A model generated the notes under the pieces. It searched no databases. It saw only the letters and a list, made by a program, of their open reading frames with translations, and had not been told where the DNA came from. Of a stretch of 64,000 nt of DNA, positions 1 to 19,958 are shown one piece after another (the stretch's first letter is position 1; each line of letters opens with the position of its first letter). A program made the position numbers and the translations under genes. Location: assembly GCA_973895155.1 (NCBI GenBank), contig OZ316894.1, forward strand, positions 21,049,767 through 21,113,766, in the 5' to 3' direction. The DNA is from Marsupella aquatica. Lineage: Eukaryota > Plantae > Marchantiophyta.

Positions 1-87
1 GACAATTTCTGGATAGTCTAGGCATTCAAATTCAAAACCATAAACGCTACAATATTAAATGGGCTGAAACAAGGACAGAAAACGCTC

Positions 88-1700
88 ACCTGCTGGAAAA
101 GGATGTATCATCGCCTGAACGATGGAAGGGAGAATAAGAGATAAAAGAAATTACGATTTGACATTTTCTTGCTTGTAATAGCAACTAGGCATAGTCTTGG
201 CTAAAACTCTACAAGAGTTTGAATTGAAGTGAAAAATAGTGCCTTAAAATTAAGAAAATTCGAACCAACATCTTAACCGAATGCTCGGGTGCCACAGTTG
301 ACTCTCTGTAAGAGTCCGAATTACAAGCCAAAACTTTCGGTAGCAAACCTTTCATTTATCCACTAGTACAGAGAATCACAGTTACTTTGAACCGTTCACA
401 AGAACATACTAGAAGAAAAAGTCCCTCTTACATGAGCGCCATATTGGCACTACTCTATGCCACTAAGGAACATCTCTAAGAACTTGCAACGTGATGCAGA
501 TCTGTTGTGATACTAGTCCAAGTTTGCACAAGCCAAGACAGCTAGCATTCACCAGATGGCCAAAGGTCAACTTAACTTGACTGAGTCTCACAAACAAGAC
601 TAGAGAACTGACATCACACAATTCACATTCTGAAGAACCACGATTAAAATTTAACCAAGACTGTAGCTAATGTGCACCAAAAACTTTGTAATGACTAACA
701 ACAAAAGCTCAACATTGCCAACCTCCAGATACCCGGAAACTCGAAGTAAAAAGAGATGATCTTACACAATTGCCATAAACAACGCATTAGTTGTCTCAGT
801 CTATTCAGGTGAGCATTCACATACTACAGCACCAACATGATTGAAAAACTCCTTTCTAGGTAAAGGGTCGACATACCTTGTTCGAAGATAACAAAGCTGA
901 CAAGGACAGACAAATGCATGTTACCTCCGAAATTCAGTTCGGTTGCTTGACATCCAACGGCAACTTTTTCATTCTTTGTAACTCTGGCACCATCTTGCAG
1001 AATTATCCACTGCCAGCCGTAAGAGCGAAGCTTTTCATCAAGATTTAGGTATGAACAGATATAAAACAGTAATCCTCCGAAGAGACAAAGTACATGACAT
1101 CAACTCAACATACAATTCTAGCACGACTCCAAATGTTGCGTCTCATGTGAAGATATGCAATAATTTACTAGTGAATCCTGCCAGGAATCAACCTCCACGC
1201 CCATTACATTGTGTATCAAACCCGCAGCAAAACATGCCAGATGAGCAGGCATGGTAGGATTGAATTATATTATTAAGTCAGCTAGGGGAGCATTTCCCTT
1301 AGTCTTAAGGATAGGTCTTAACGAGACCCCTCAATCAACATATTCAGTGTTTCCAACAAAAGTTACGATTAGTTGTGTACTCTCCTTGCCTTCACCACGA
1401 GTGACCAGAAAATTCACGGACACTTCATTTCTGAATGGGTGAATGGACATCCATTTAGATTACCATTACATGCTGTTACTGTAATCAACCTCATCCTCCT
1501 CTCCAAATGCCTTCACTTTCTGGCTTCTGCGTGTAAAGTGGACAGTAAACGCTCAAAGCTGTCATTTTTCCCTTTCTATTTCTTCCGACAGGGACCACAG
1601 CCTTGTTGAATCCAGAGCAATATCCGCATACCCAATCACGACTGAATTTAGTAATAAAATGAACAAACTTTCTATGGTTGAGACTTACCTCTACCAGTTC
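88..1700 (-). other. Possible exons of a spliced transcript running off the left window edge
   Basis: Minus-strand splice-like signals: a ~26-nt segment near 91-116 framed by ttcag| and |gtgagc, and donor-like AG|GTA sites near 877, 925 and 1688. No recognisable protein. Confidence 0.2.
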
Positions 1701-3498
1701 AGGTGACCAGGGTGTAAAGAATACTATAAGTGTACTACAAACGGATAGTCCAGTGACAAGACCGACAAGGAGTAATTGGAATGTACAAATCTATCGCAAA
1801 CTGTAAACGAATCCGAATTCAATGTCACCGTATCCAATTTTGCAGACAGAGTCGTTTGACCTTAAACCATGGAACGAGGGAACGAGAGCTTGATAATAGA
1901 TATCTGACGGGTGACTTTACGCGTACAAAAGGTAAGGCAAAATGGACAGTAGAAGATCCCCAACAAACCACAAGACGGTCCCAGCCATCAGACAAACAAA
2001 GTGGGATATTGCGATACACAATTAGAGACGACAACATTCCAACCTGTTAAGAATTGCATAGAGGCAAGGGGCTCCAAGCGCATTGCTGGTTTAGGGTGCT
2101 GAAAACACAGCGGGCTGCCACCACCTAAAGTTCATAAGCTGTCAGATTCAACACAATTGTTTTTTACAAAAAAACCTAATGATCTCCTCAAATGCATATA
2201 TGCCACTATCCCAAAAGAGTGGAGACTTACTAACTAACCGACTTACTGACTAACCGACCAGCTAGACCGATAAAAATAACACGATCGAAAGAAATTCGGA
2301 GATTATGAGAAGTGCTACAGTTAGGGAGAGCTGATAAAAATGTGTTGTCAGTAATCCCTTAGTCTCTACACTGGACACTCTGCCTCATCTTGAGATGCAA
2401 CTGTAAGAGGCTCTCAGGAACTTAAGGAGCGCACCAGGTACATGTACTGCTGTACCCCGATAACAGGGAGACTAATGTACCTTTCTGAAAGCTGTTACCT
2501 GGCGCTTTAGCACCAATAATATCGCTGATAGAACCTGAAAGCATCCCTGAAGGAAAGAAAGTAAATCAGACTCCAACCTCTTTCAATAGTCAAGATGAGA
2601 TACTCCATAAATTATTTTAATCCTGACACGCATAGGACTTGGTGATAACAGTGGCACGTTTAGGCCCAACCATCGCCATTTTGTAAAGAACCGATACATA
2701 ACAGCTACATTGTCTTATCACAATGGTTTCTGTTAGGCAAAATCAATTCCTCTCTCTTCCCATTATCACATATTCAGAGAGCCATTTCTTATTCTGAACC
2801 CCTACCCTACAAGCAGGCATCGGATAACCCAAGCACATGTCCAGATGATCAACACTTAGTTAATGTCTACAATGTAAACTTCGTCTTCAAAGTAGCAAGC
2901 TGCACAGGGAATGCTACCGCTCATAATAATCCTCTAAAAGCAAACGCTAAATACAGTACTATAGTCGCAAACGTTTTCTGCAAGCCACTGGCTACTCTGT
3001 CAGTAGGTGGCCCGCAATCTTCGTGATGTCCTCACTAATGTAGAAATTTAGCCAAAGCAAAGACAATTCGAAGAATACTTGGATGAGAACAAAATACTAG
3101 CATGTCAATCTCTTCACAGACAGGAATGGACAGGAAAAACGCCTTCGGCGTGTTGTCTTACAATAGAACAGTGTTTATCCTTCTGGCAGTATCGCCCAGT
3201 AACAAATGGTCGCCAGACCAACAGCAGCTGTTTCCCAGAGCCCACCCTCGCCACCTACTGTGCTCGCGCCTCTGTGCTTCGCACAGAGTGGCAAAGATGG
3301 TGACAGAGCAGATCAATGAACAGGATGAGTGTCCCAATGTCAAGTAGATACCTTGATCAGAGCACCACGTCTTTTGAAATGACCTTTTAAAACCTATGCC
3401 TACATACGTACCCACAACAGTGCCTGATTACAACAGGAAGTACACCGCAAACCTAAACGAAAGGAATATGTAAGTGCCAGTAGACTGGCATAACCACA

Positions 3499-10017
<6,519 letters not shown>

Positions 10018-10596
10018 TCCTCCTCCGCCGATCAACTCCGCAACACCAAATTCACCACCCGGCACGGGACCCTTTGCAAATGATCAATCGACCTACAACC
10101 AAAAACCTCTTCCGTTCTCCTACTCCTCCTCGCTACCTCTTCTTACATCGCCTTCTCCTACACATACCTCGTTCAAACACCCAGAGGAACACCGCAAGCA
10201 CCAATCCCTCAATTCCTCAATCCCTAGCCACGTTCATGGCCACAAAAACAATCGGCAGCAAATTCCTCCTCCTCCTACCTACCCTCGTTCTCCCATTTGT
10301 CACGCATTGAACTCGTTGCGGTTTGTTCTGCTCCTTTCTCGGTGCTTCTCCGCTTTATCTGAACAAAAATGTAGGGCCTCGAGGTCCGACAACAACAGCG
10401 GATCGATCGAATCATCAAACTCCTTCACTCTCCGAATCGATTTTGCCTCCTCCCACCGCAATCATCAAAGAGCATTTGACACTGTGGTGGAGTTTGCTCC
10501 GCTGCTGCTGCCTCGATGAACTTCCCCGAACAGGAATGAGACGCGAGGGACGAATATATGGACCTGAGGGGTGAGAGTGGGCGGGCCCAGGAATAG

Positions 10597-11391
10597 AGGC
10601 CGTCTTGCATGTCCAGTAGAAGGCCCTAAAAACCAGGCCCATAAGTTAAGGTCCTCAAAAAATAGGCCCATGAGTTAAGGTCCTCGAAAGATAGGCCTCG
10701 AAAAATAGGCCCTTAAACTACCACTCTCCACCACGTTTGGGGAGGACCAAAAAAATAGGCCTTATTACTTTTTTAAAACATTCTTCATTCATTCTAGTAA
10801 CCTGAATACACCAGGTTTTGCTATGGGACCTAAACACTCCCTCAATCTAATTTTTCTAAGCATATCTCTTTTCCAAGAGCATCTTCTCCCTGAAACTTAT
10901 TTTGGCGACATGTGTCCGGTAGCTTTTACTTTATTCTAGCCCTTGAGGTTGGAGTGCCATAGCCTTTGGTTTTGCAGAATTTTTGCTGTGATTGCACATG
11001 AGGGGGCTATAGCAACTTTATCTCTCATTCTCTGATTTGGTGGCAGGCATCAGGTTGAGGGCTTGATTGTGCAGGGTCACTCACATGCGAGTCGGGCCTA
11101 ATTTAATGTCCTCAAAAACAGGCCCTTCAGCAAGGCACTCTATGAGTGAATGTGACATTCATGCCTCAACTTCTTCCTGAGGTAGGCAGACAGCTACATT
11201 TTAGCATATTTGAGGGCAAGGGCCAAAAACCTTCCGGTCTTTCATTTCCCAACCTTTAAATTTCTAATAAAATTTCTTTCCTTAGCTGGTTATTTAGATA
11301 TGTGGGTTGCACTTTCTACCAACAATGTAGGAGTGGTAGGGGCCAATGTTTTCAGGACCTTCTACATGCAAGCTCGCATGCAAGACGGCCC
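10597..11391. mobile_element. MITE-like fold-back element (Tourist/Harbinger-like) just upstream of PRP4K
   Basis: Perfect 14-bp inverted repeat ggccgtcttgcatg (10598-10611) / catgcaagacggcc (11377-11390), with further imperfect inverted similarity inward. Flanks are tag/taa. Internal aggccc repeats, no coding capacity. Confidence 0.6.
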
Positions 11392-11609
11392 TAACAATTT
11401 CATAATTGATGACTGGAGCGGGAGGGACCTGGCGGAGGGTGTCCTTGACCTAAAAAACAGCCAGAGACATAAGCATCAAAGTGGCTAACCCCCATCAAAG
11501 CAGCTAACCCTTATTATTAAACAATGGGTTGTTACATGAGAGAAGTCTTCTACAAAGCTACAAGGGGGCTTGCAAGGGGGTCTCAAAACCTCAAGGGGAT
11601 CCCCATTAT

Positions 11610-11830
11610 TAAAGTAGGTATATTGTATGATGTGAGCAGACAGGAATTTTGGCTAGCAAGAAGAGTATTGTTAGCGTCATGAGTGTTTCTCAGTATTTGT
11701 GATTTCTGCTGACTTTTGTATTTCTAGTGCATTTCAAGAATTCCATATGGCTAGCAAGTTCTCTAGCCCTAGGAGGAGTCCCAAATTGGGTTGTACTGAC
11801 CAAGTTTTGGATAGCTAGGGACTAAGTTTG
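11610..11830 (+). repeat. Dispersed ~230-bp repeat family, copy 1
   Basis: Shares ttagcaag..gagtattgttagcg, atggctagcaagtt..ctagc and gaggagtc..aaa with 45520-45770 (+) and 63310-63545 (-). Confidence 0.7.
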
Positions 11831-13019
11831 CTATGGAAGTGGGGATTTTTCATCATAACCAGGAAACGGCATTGTGTTTGAAAATCATTTTTTGGGGTCC
11901 CCTGAGTAAAAAGTAGTTTGAACTTAAACACGTCGCCATTTTAACACAACGCCCTGGTGCTGTGTTCGAACATGACGTTGTGTTCAAATATGACCCAAAC
12001 ATGATGTTGGGTTTGAATGTGATTTTGTGATCAAATAAAACTGCCAAATATGACACTGAGTTCACATACATTTGCACAAGAAGGTAACAGCAAACAAAAT
12101 ACAATTGGTTTGATTCAAAACTGAGGGATTACAATTGGAATTCTTGTTCAGTTGACTCGGGATGGCTACTTCATTGCCTTCAACAAGCATGGTCCAAAAG
12201 TTTTGCTACTATCTAAGAGTCTTTTGTAGAGAGGTGGACCAAGTTTGTCACAATTTTCCATTCCAGGAGCAGGACGTCTACATTCCTTGCTTGCCTTTGG
12301 TGGCGGAGAGAAATCCATCAGGTGATCCAAAAGCCACAAATCAAAATTGTCTATTAATACTGATTTCCCAACATAGACACAAGCAGTGATTTAATCAAAG
12401 TTCACAAACTTCACTTTCCCACTGGAGATATACACTTCCCCATTCATATTTTGCCAAAACAATTTGCCAATTATTGGCATGAGTTTCGGACAACAAATAG
12501 AACTTTCGCACTCTGTAAATCTTCTCTACAATAAATTAAACAGACCAGGGCTCGAGTGCTCTTGTCATGAACGTTTCCTTAACACGCAACTGTCCCGGAC
12601 GAGGAGCACGTATAAGGTAATCACGGTCTTGTTGACCGTTACTGGGGAGTAATAGGCTCGACGCGGTTCTGACACAGGCACGACTGACTGGAGCCAAGAG
12701 TGCCTAGGGAGGAACTGGGGAGGGCCGGTTCTCCCAATAACAGACAAAAAAGATTGTGATTACATTATGTAATCAAGGGTAGGTCATGCAATTACCGGTT
12801 ACTCCCGGTTGGACGAACAAGATTAGATCCATCAAAAATGGTCGCGGCAGGGGAAAAGCGAGACAAGAGGGGATGGGTGTTCATACTATCGTTTAGGGCA
12901 GGCTGCATTGTGAATGTTGATGCGTTGTGGCGTTGTGATGAGCAGGGATGGCGGTGAGTTGTTGGTGCAAATGGAGGCCAGTTGCTGTTGCAGGGATGGA
13001 GGCCAGTTGTTGTGTGACG

Positions 13020-13235
13020 GGAGTGGCCAATGCTTTGGAGCGGGGAATGGAGATTGCGGCATTGTTTTTGAAGTTTTTGTTGCTGTTATTGTGGCGTTGT
13101 GCAATGTCGATGGCTTGCAATGTCATTGCGGGGAATGGCCGATGTTCTTTGGAGCGGGGAATGGAGATCGCGACATTCATTTGAAATTTCTATTGTTATT
13201 ATTGTGGTGCTGTGCAATGTCGCTATGTTTGATGT
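13020..13235 (+). repeat. Two-copy ~110-bp tandem duplication
   Basis: tttggagcggggaatggagat..cg.catt...ttgaa.ttt.t.ttg.t.ttattgtgg.g.tgtgcaatgtcg occurs twice, starting ~13034 and ~13148. Confidence 0.7.
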
Positions 13236-13979
13236 GAATAACTGTTGGTGCTCAACTCCTACTGCAATATTGGTTAAAATGACGATGTGTGTGGACAATT
13301 TAGTTTCATTCTCGTCAATAACTGAATTTGTGGAGTCGGTGGTGTAGGGATACAGGAAGAGGAGGAGTTGATTCACGATGAAGCTGCAACCGAGTGGACT
13401 GTTGGCGAAGTTGATTACTGTCACTTGGACGAGCTTCATGGCAAGCAGTCAACTGAAGTTGATGAGATTTACTTACGCATTGTGTTTGATGAAATTTCTT
13501 GAGACTCTGTGGCTGTCAATGTCATTTCTACTCTGTCCGAGAGTGAACATGTCCAGCAGGTGGAGGTAAGTGTGCCAAGGTTACGGGCACTTCCCGACCC
13601 TATGCTAGTTGAGGCAGGTAGAGGGGAAGAGAAATCAGCTTCACACAACAACGATTGATGGGTAGCAAAATGAGCTGACAGTCTTCAAATGGGTCTTGGC
13701 TGGGACATGACGGTTCCTCTTGGGAGTCCGCCTTTGCAACAGCTTGATGAGTTGTCATTACATATAGTGTCGTAGTCATAGTGTATCCAAAACATACAAG
13801 TCATTGACAATGTATATGTGCAAATTGCTAGCAACCAACATGTATAGAAAAAGTCCCATCACATTTACAAGTGCCAAGAAAAAGCAAATGAGGTTATATG
13901 TACATAGTGGAGGTGTAAACCTTTGTATTATAATAGGTGTAAGAGAAACAAGCATACTGAAATCAAACTGAAAAATTGG

Positions 13980-15460
13980 CGGGATGCCAAGATTGGTCGG
14001 GAACATCTAATGAATCACTATCTAGATCCCGTGTACAGAAGCGACGAGCACCTGAAAAACTCTGTCTCAATAGTGATTCAAGAAGAACTAAAATCCGACA
14101 AAGAGAAACATGTTCTTAGTAAGTCAAGTCTCGGCGTCACACTAACAAGCGCATTTGCTTCAAGAACAACCTAGACTTGCTACAAGGACATGTCACTAAC
14201 TCAAGTAGTGGCCCTAACTACATACCTAATGGACATGCGAGGGACATGCAGATGTGCATAACAGGCACTGTCCCTCGGCATGACAAAGCTATTTAGTAAT
14301 CTTTTTACAAGAGCTATAAAAGTGGACGGTACTCCATATCCTCCAGCCACTCTCATGAACATGATGAATGACTTTAATCGAATCTTGAGGCGTGCAGGCG
14401 ACATTAGATCATTGAGAGGTGAGGGAAATCTGCTAGAGAAAGATTTTAATATTAATGCGCATCCAGCTTTTGCTAGAACTTGCATGGTCCTGAACACTGC
14501 CATCAAGAAGAGTGCAAAGAATGGAGTAAACAAAAAAAAAAAAAAGGTAAGCAGTTTTCTTTCAAAATTGTTTATGTTAAGTTGTTGTCTGTGCATCTTT
14601 AACAGCTTTTCGAATGGTGCAGGTTGAAGTCTTAAGAAAGTAGATGGAGATGGCAATCTCATCAGACATTGACCATCAATTGACCTGTAGCCACTGATGT
14701 CAAAAGCATTTGGCGTTCTTTTGTCTTCTCAGGTTGGGTCTGAGAGAAGGAGGGGAAATATGGAACTTGCATTGCAATGATCTGAAAACCTGTCTAGACA
14801 AAGCAGGCAGGGAATATGTCATGTAAGTTTGTATCCTTTTGAATCACTATTGAACAAGTTTTTTTCTTTATGTGATCCCTAACTTCTCATATTATGTGGT
14901 TTTTGTGTTCAAGTTTGAAGAGAGGGAGAGCAAAAGCAACCCGTACACACTTCAGAAGAACCAAGAGGAGCAGTTTTGGAATGTTTTCCATAGTTACGAT
15001 GAAAACTTCTTGATGACAGTGAAGCAATACAAGCAGCATTTGCCACCTAAAGCAAAAACCGAGAAGCCAGACTTGTTTATGTAGGGTGTCACGGATCCAG
15101 CAGGGATTGTTTGGTACAACAAATGTCACAAGGTCGGGAGAGATACTACTGGTAAGTGGCTGAAAAATATGGCTCTACTAGTCGGATTGATACCTAAAGT
15201 ATTCACCAATTGCAGTGGGAGAGTTACTCTCATCATGGCTACTTGTGAGTTCCTGATGAAGTTGGAATGCTAATAAGTGGACACCATTCCATTGGGGGCT
15301 ACCTGAGATATGATCAAACACAAAGACTGAAGATGGAAGCAACTACATTAGTGTCTAGCAATCCTGCATTGGATTACGAGAAAGCCTTGTCACATGGTTC
15401 AAAGAAATTTGTTGAAGAGGAGTTGTGCGGATCTTGCTCTGGTTTGAAGCGCTTGTAAGC
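13980..15460 (+). pseudogene. Decayed Crypton-type tyrosine recombinase (DUF3504/ZMYM-like)
   Basis: Fragments in order: KVDGTPYPPATL; FCLLRLGLR(frameshift)GGEIWNL; FEERESK; VWYNKCHKVGRDTTGKWLKNMA; FTNCSGRVT; MLISGHHSIGGYLRY. These match the R...H-x-x-R...H...Y layout of Crypton YRs. Probable introns at ~14546-14622 and ~14823-14912; stops and frameshifts present. Confidence 0.75.
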
Positions 15461-18400
15461 AAGGTGAGCGAGAACTCTAATCTACTGATGGCCATTACAC
15501 ATCCCTTGCAGGTAAGTCCATGTAGTACTTTTTGGTTTCTAGTGACTTGTTTTCTTTAATCCCATTTTAGTTATTCCTGTTGTGAATTGTCAGGATCAAG
15601 AGGAACAACATATGGAGGAGAAAGGTCCAGCCTACAAATTGTTCAGAAGGTTCAAACAGCAAGAGGTCAAGATGGGAGAGAAATTATGATGACTTTGACT
15701 GGGAGAATGCAATTCTGACCAAGGATCCAAAGTTGTGTAAGAGAATGTGATCGCTGCCAAAGTCACCACATTCAGTAGGAAGTAATATGTCAGGGAATGC
15801 CTTCCATAACTGTAGTGTGACCATCAAGTTTGTTCATCCGAACAATGAGGAAGACAAGGAGAATAGTGTAGGTCCAGGCTAATGTTGTAGATAGTGATAC
15901 TCAATTGTTGAGACAGAGTCCTCATGTAGTCAGACTAGTTATGCAACTGCTTATACAAAATTATCCAGTAACAATGTACTGTTCTATTGCTTATACATTT
16001 ATCATGAACGTCAAGTATTCTTGTCAAAACATTGGGATTGATTAGTATTCTGGTCACCTTTCAATAAAACAGAATGATTTTTGTACATGAGACTGTTTAA
16101 GTATTTTGTGACTAAAATTGTATATACACTTTCCCTCTAGATTGCCACAAGAACTGTCGACCATGACACAAAAATAAAACCTGCTGGCAAGAAACACAAG
16201 CAAAGTGTTGCCCCCCACTGAGAAAATAGATAAGAAGATGCTCCTACTAAGAAAACATAATAGAAGAAAAAGGAATAGAATAGCCATGATCAAGAGTATG
16301 TTGGCGACTGAGAAATGTTCTCCGTTGAAAAATATGCCTTTTCCATCCACTCCTTACGGGACTCTGTAAGTGCATTATGAATTTCCGTCAAGGCATTATA
16401 GGGTTCCATAAGGGAATTATGGATTTTGGTTGTGTTTGGAGGGAATATTATGGTAATGCGCACAATGGACGGAAACTTTCACCCAACGGTAACCGCACCA
16501 CCAACCCATGATTACAAAATTAAGATGGCCAATAGGGAGGCAGTAGGGCATCTCAAAATTAAAAAGTTGCGGCCATTTTTGGGTCTCGGGGGGGTCACTA
16601 TATGGAGGGCCATACATCACGTGCGATGTTTTAGGGTTTGACCACCCTAACTTATAAGTGAATTTTTTTCAAAGCCCTTTCTTTCTTTAAATTTTGTCAT
16701 TTTTTATTAAAAACCCCTAAAAACTTTAAAGAAAGTATTTTTTGCAATTAAATAGGCCTATGTGTTGTTTAAAGTCGACCAGTCAATAAAACATGCCCTA
16801 TGTGTTCTTCCACCAAACTTTGGAAGTCTTTTGCCACACCCATTTAAATGGGCCTATACTTCGTCGCACGTGATATGCCAGTTCCGTGGAAGTGACCCCC
16901 CCAAGTTTAGGGTGACCGGTTTCTCGTCCAAGCGACCCGCCGCCCATTCTGATCGGTCAACCATTTTGCTAGCTGCACTATTTTGTCTGGGACTTTTTAT
17001 GCGGACCGCGACCTAACCCAACTTAACCAGGCTGAAGTTACCGGTGTAAGTGGGACTCCTGCACTGAAGCCACACTACGTGTTTTGAACTCAAGAGGGAG
17101 TCTACAACTGGTGTGAGGGAGAACGAGCTGCTGTGCAGTTGATGCGGTGAAGATTGAGCCTGGTTGAAGGAGTCAATGCGGCATCCTTAGTGGGGATGAA
17201 GCTCAAGCCTAGTGCCCCAAGTCAATGTTGCGTCTTCAAGCTAGAGCCCGTGGAAGGAGTTGATGCTGAGTTTTTGGTGGTGAAGGTTGAGCCTGATTGA
17301 ATGAGGTTTTTTACCCATGGCAGGAAACAAGAATTATCATAACAACAAAAATGGTCAAAGATAACAGGAGTTTTTGTGCGCAATGCTGAAAGAAAATCCC
17401 AACTTTAGTGACCAAAATTACACTACAATTTCAACTGAGCAAGTATAATATATGTAACATATTATAGACAGACATCCTTACTAGCACCAAAGATTTTTAC
17501 ACATGAAGGCATCATTTGATAATAGCCTCAAGAATGCTTGTAACAAAAATCCTCACAAGAGCAACAAAAAAAATATAAATCCTAACCAAATTTGTATTGC
17601 AATTCTCAAGTGTTTGGATCTGGAAGGTTATACTCTTTTAAGGTGATCCCTCATCTAGCGCAAGCCATCTCTAGTGCATCTGCATTGACAGCTAAGGATA
17701 ATCAATGAACTTGCTCTTCCCCTATAGATGAGATTATCTTGCTGATTGAGTCTTCATCTCTTTGCTAAGCGCAGACACTCCATATATGGTGGTCCGCCAA
17801 GAGGCAATGGATTGTTGCACCAAACGTTATGACCAAGGAAACCGTTGGTTCCTCTATGTATATACCAATGCTCGCATTCAAAAAACTACCATTCACGACG
17901 TCAAAACTATATAAAGATTATGACATAAAAATTTATTTCCCGTTTAAACACCCCAATTGTCATGCTCAAACTAACTTCAATGGTGTTGAATAGTATTTTG
18001 ATTTGGACGTTTAGTATTGACAAACTACTAATAAAGGAGCACCTCTTAGCAAGGGTTTGATGCATCTTCCAAAGTACTCCCTAGAAGATTGTGAATGTAT
18101 GGATTGACGAAAGGTTAACATCCTCACATAGAGTGATGTGAGAGGAAAAGTATACTCTTGCTATCAAATACAACATACGCTGGTCATTTGCATGCTCTAA
18201 ACAATGATGAAAAGTTTGACATATTGTAAATTTTGATTGAACCACCTTAGACCATTAGAGGATGCTATGTTCTTTTTTGGTAGTAATAATGTTAGCAACC
18301 ATGATATTGGATTTTATTAGTGATAAATATAACCATTAAAACATAACAAATGATGATATAATATAGTAGCACCACAAACTAATATAATAAAATTAATAAT

Positions 18401-18639
18401 TAGAGCCATTGCTTTTTTGTTCATATTCTCATAATAGCACCTAACGCCAACAAAGAGTGTTCTTTGGTGAGGTCTCATTCACATAAATATTTCTTTACTA
18501 CTTGCAAAATTGCATGACCTTCTAAAATATCCTTTGGTGGCAAACACAAGAGATAAAATGGTAGTACTACTAGTAAAATAGGTCATATAGCAGTAAAAAA
18601 CTAAAGCTGATAGACTAAAAAAATGTTTCTCTAGAGGGT

Positions 18640-19342
18640 TTGGGCCAAAGTCACATTACTAGCTCCTATCGCGAGTAAATGTTTTTTTGCTTTTCTACAT
18701 TTTTTGCGTAAAATTTCTCTTGTAAATTTCTCAAAATGGTGCTATGATTGAAGGTCCAAGCAAGTGTGATATTACTAGCTCTCGACACTAGTAATGTTAA
18801 TCTATTTTATAGCCTAATTTGGCTAAATTTTATCTCATAAATACACTCAACATGATGTTATTGCAAAATGTTCAAGCAAGTGTGATATTACTAGCTCTCA
18901 GAGCTACTAATGTTCATTCATTTTTATAGCCTTTCTTACTTAATTTTTTCTCATAAAGACACTCAATCTAATAGTGTCATTTTGGAGGATCCAAACTGGT
19001 GTGATATTACTAGCTCCTGGCGCTAGTAATGTTCATTCATTTTTATAACCTTTTCTGCTCAATGATTTTTCATAAACACACTCAAAACAATGCCATTTTG
19101 GAGGATGCAAACTGGTGTGATATTACTAGTTCATTTTTATAGCCTTTTTTGCTTAACTTTTTCTCATACACACTCAAAATAGTGTCATTTTTGGAGCATC
19201 CAAACTGATGTCAGTGATATTACTAGCTCCCAATGGTAGTAATGTTCATTCATTTTATAGTTTTTTTTGCTTAATTTTTTCTCAACACTCAAAATAGTGT
19301 CATTTTATAGGATCCAAACTGATGTGATATTACTACCCCCCA
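18640..19342 (+). repeat. ~115-bp tandem array, left part (7 units), interrupted by the MULE
   Basis: Unit core gtgatattactagctc...ctagtaatgttcattcatttttatagcc...cactcaaaatagtgtcattttggaggatccaaactg. The attac anchor recurs at 18655, 18771, 18887, 19006, 19122, 19219 and 19329. Confidence 0.85.
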
Positions 19343-19440
19343 GGGGGGTATTTACATAAGACAGAAAACAGGAAACCAGGAAACCAAAAACAACAACTGA
19401 TGACAGGAAACAAAAAACAGGAAACACAAAACATTAACAA
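19343..19440 (+). repeat. Left TIR and aaacaggaaac subterminal repeats
   Basis: G6 terminus followed by repeated acaggaaac/accaggaaac motifs, mirrored at 30325-30404. Confidence 0.75.
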
Positions 19441-19541
19441 AAAATGCTCGAAATGTTTCCAGCGTGAACCAAGATCTTGACTTCGAAACAGGTTTTTTAG
19501 AAGATTTGTGTCAAATCCAAGCAAAATGGTAGAGACCAAGA

Positions 19542-19619
19542 GCACCTACTAGTGTGAAAGAAGTAAGGGGATTCCTTGGCATGGTGGGCTACTACCAAAG
19601 ATTCGTAGAGGGCATTTCC
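19542..19619 (+). mobile_element. Captured Ty3/gypsy pol fragment (RT-RNaseH connection)
   Basis: Translates as APTSVKEVRGFLGMVGYYQRFVEGIS, matching the gypsy PxxVxEVRxFLGxxGYYRRFI motif. Flanked by a duplicated segment (gtgtcaaatcca...atggt.gagacc at ~19508 and ~19651). Confidence 0.7.
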
Positions 19620-19958
19620 ATAACACAGGAAACAGGAATTTCAAAGATTCGTGTCAAATCCAGGAGGAATGGTCGAGACCGAGAGTAGCGCCAGGCGCTC
19701 ATTTTATAAAATTTTGGGAATAGTACATTTAAACCCGGGTATTCCCAGAAAGTATAGGCTCGCACCAGGCGCTACCAGAACTAGTTTATAAATGTCCGCT
19801 ATCTACTCTTTACACAACCGAATCAAAATACGCTAGCGATTAGAAAATCCTAATGTAGTCTCTCATCCGGTACCACAAATGAAAGGGGCTAGTCCCGAAC
19901 ACATTGGTTACACATTGCCTACACACAAAACACATTGTCGTCTTTGTGCATCGGGAGA

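Noticed and set aside
18640-19342. Tandem array as a CRISPR-like repeat-spacer locus
   Set aside because: The sequence between the palindromic cores is itself repeated rather than unique, the context is eukaryotic and there are no cas genes.
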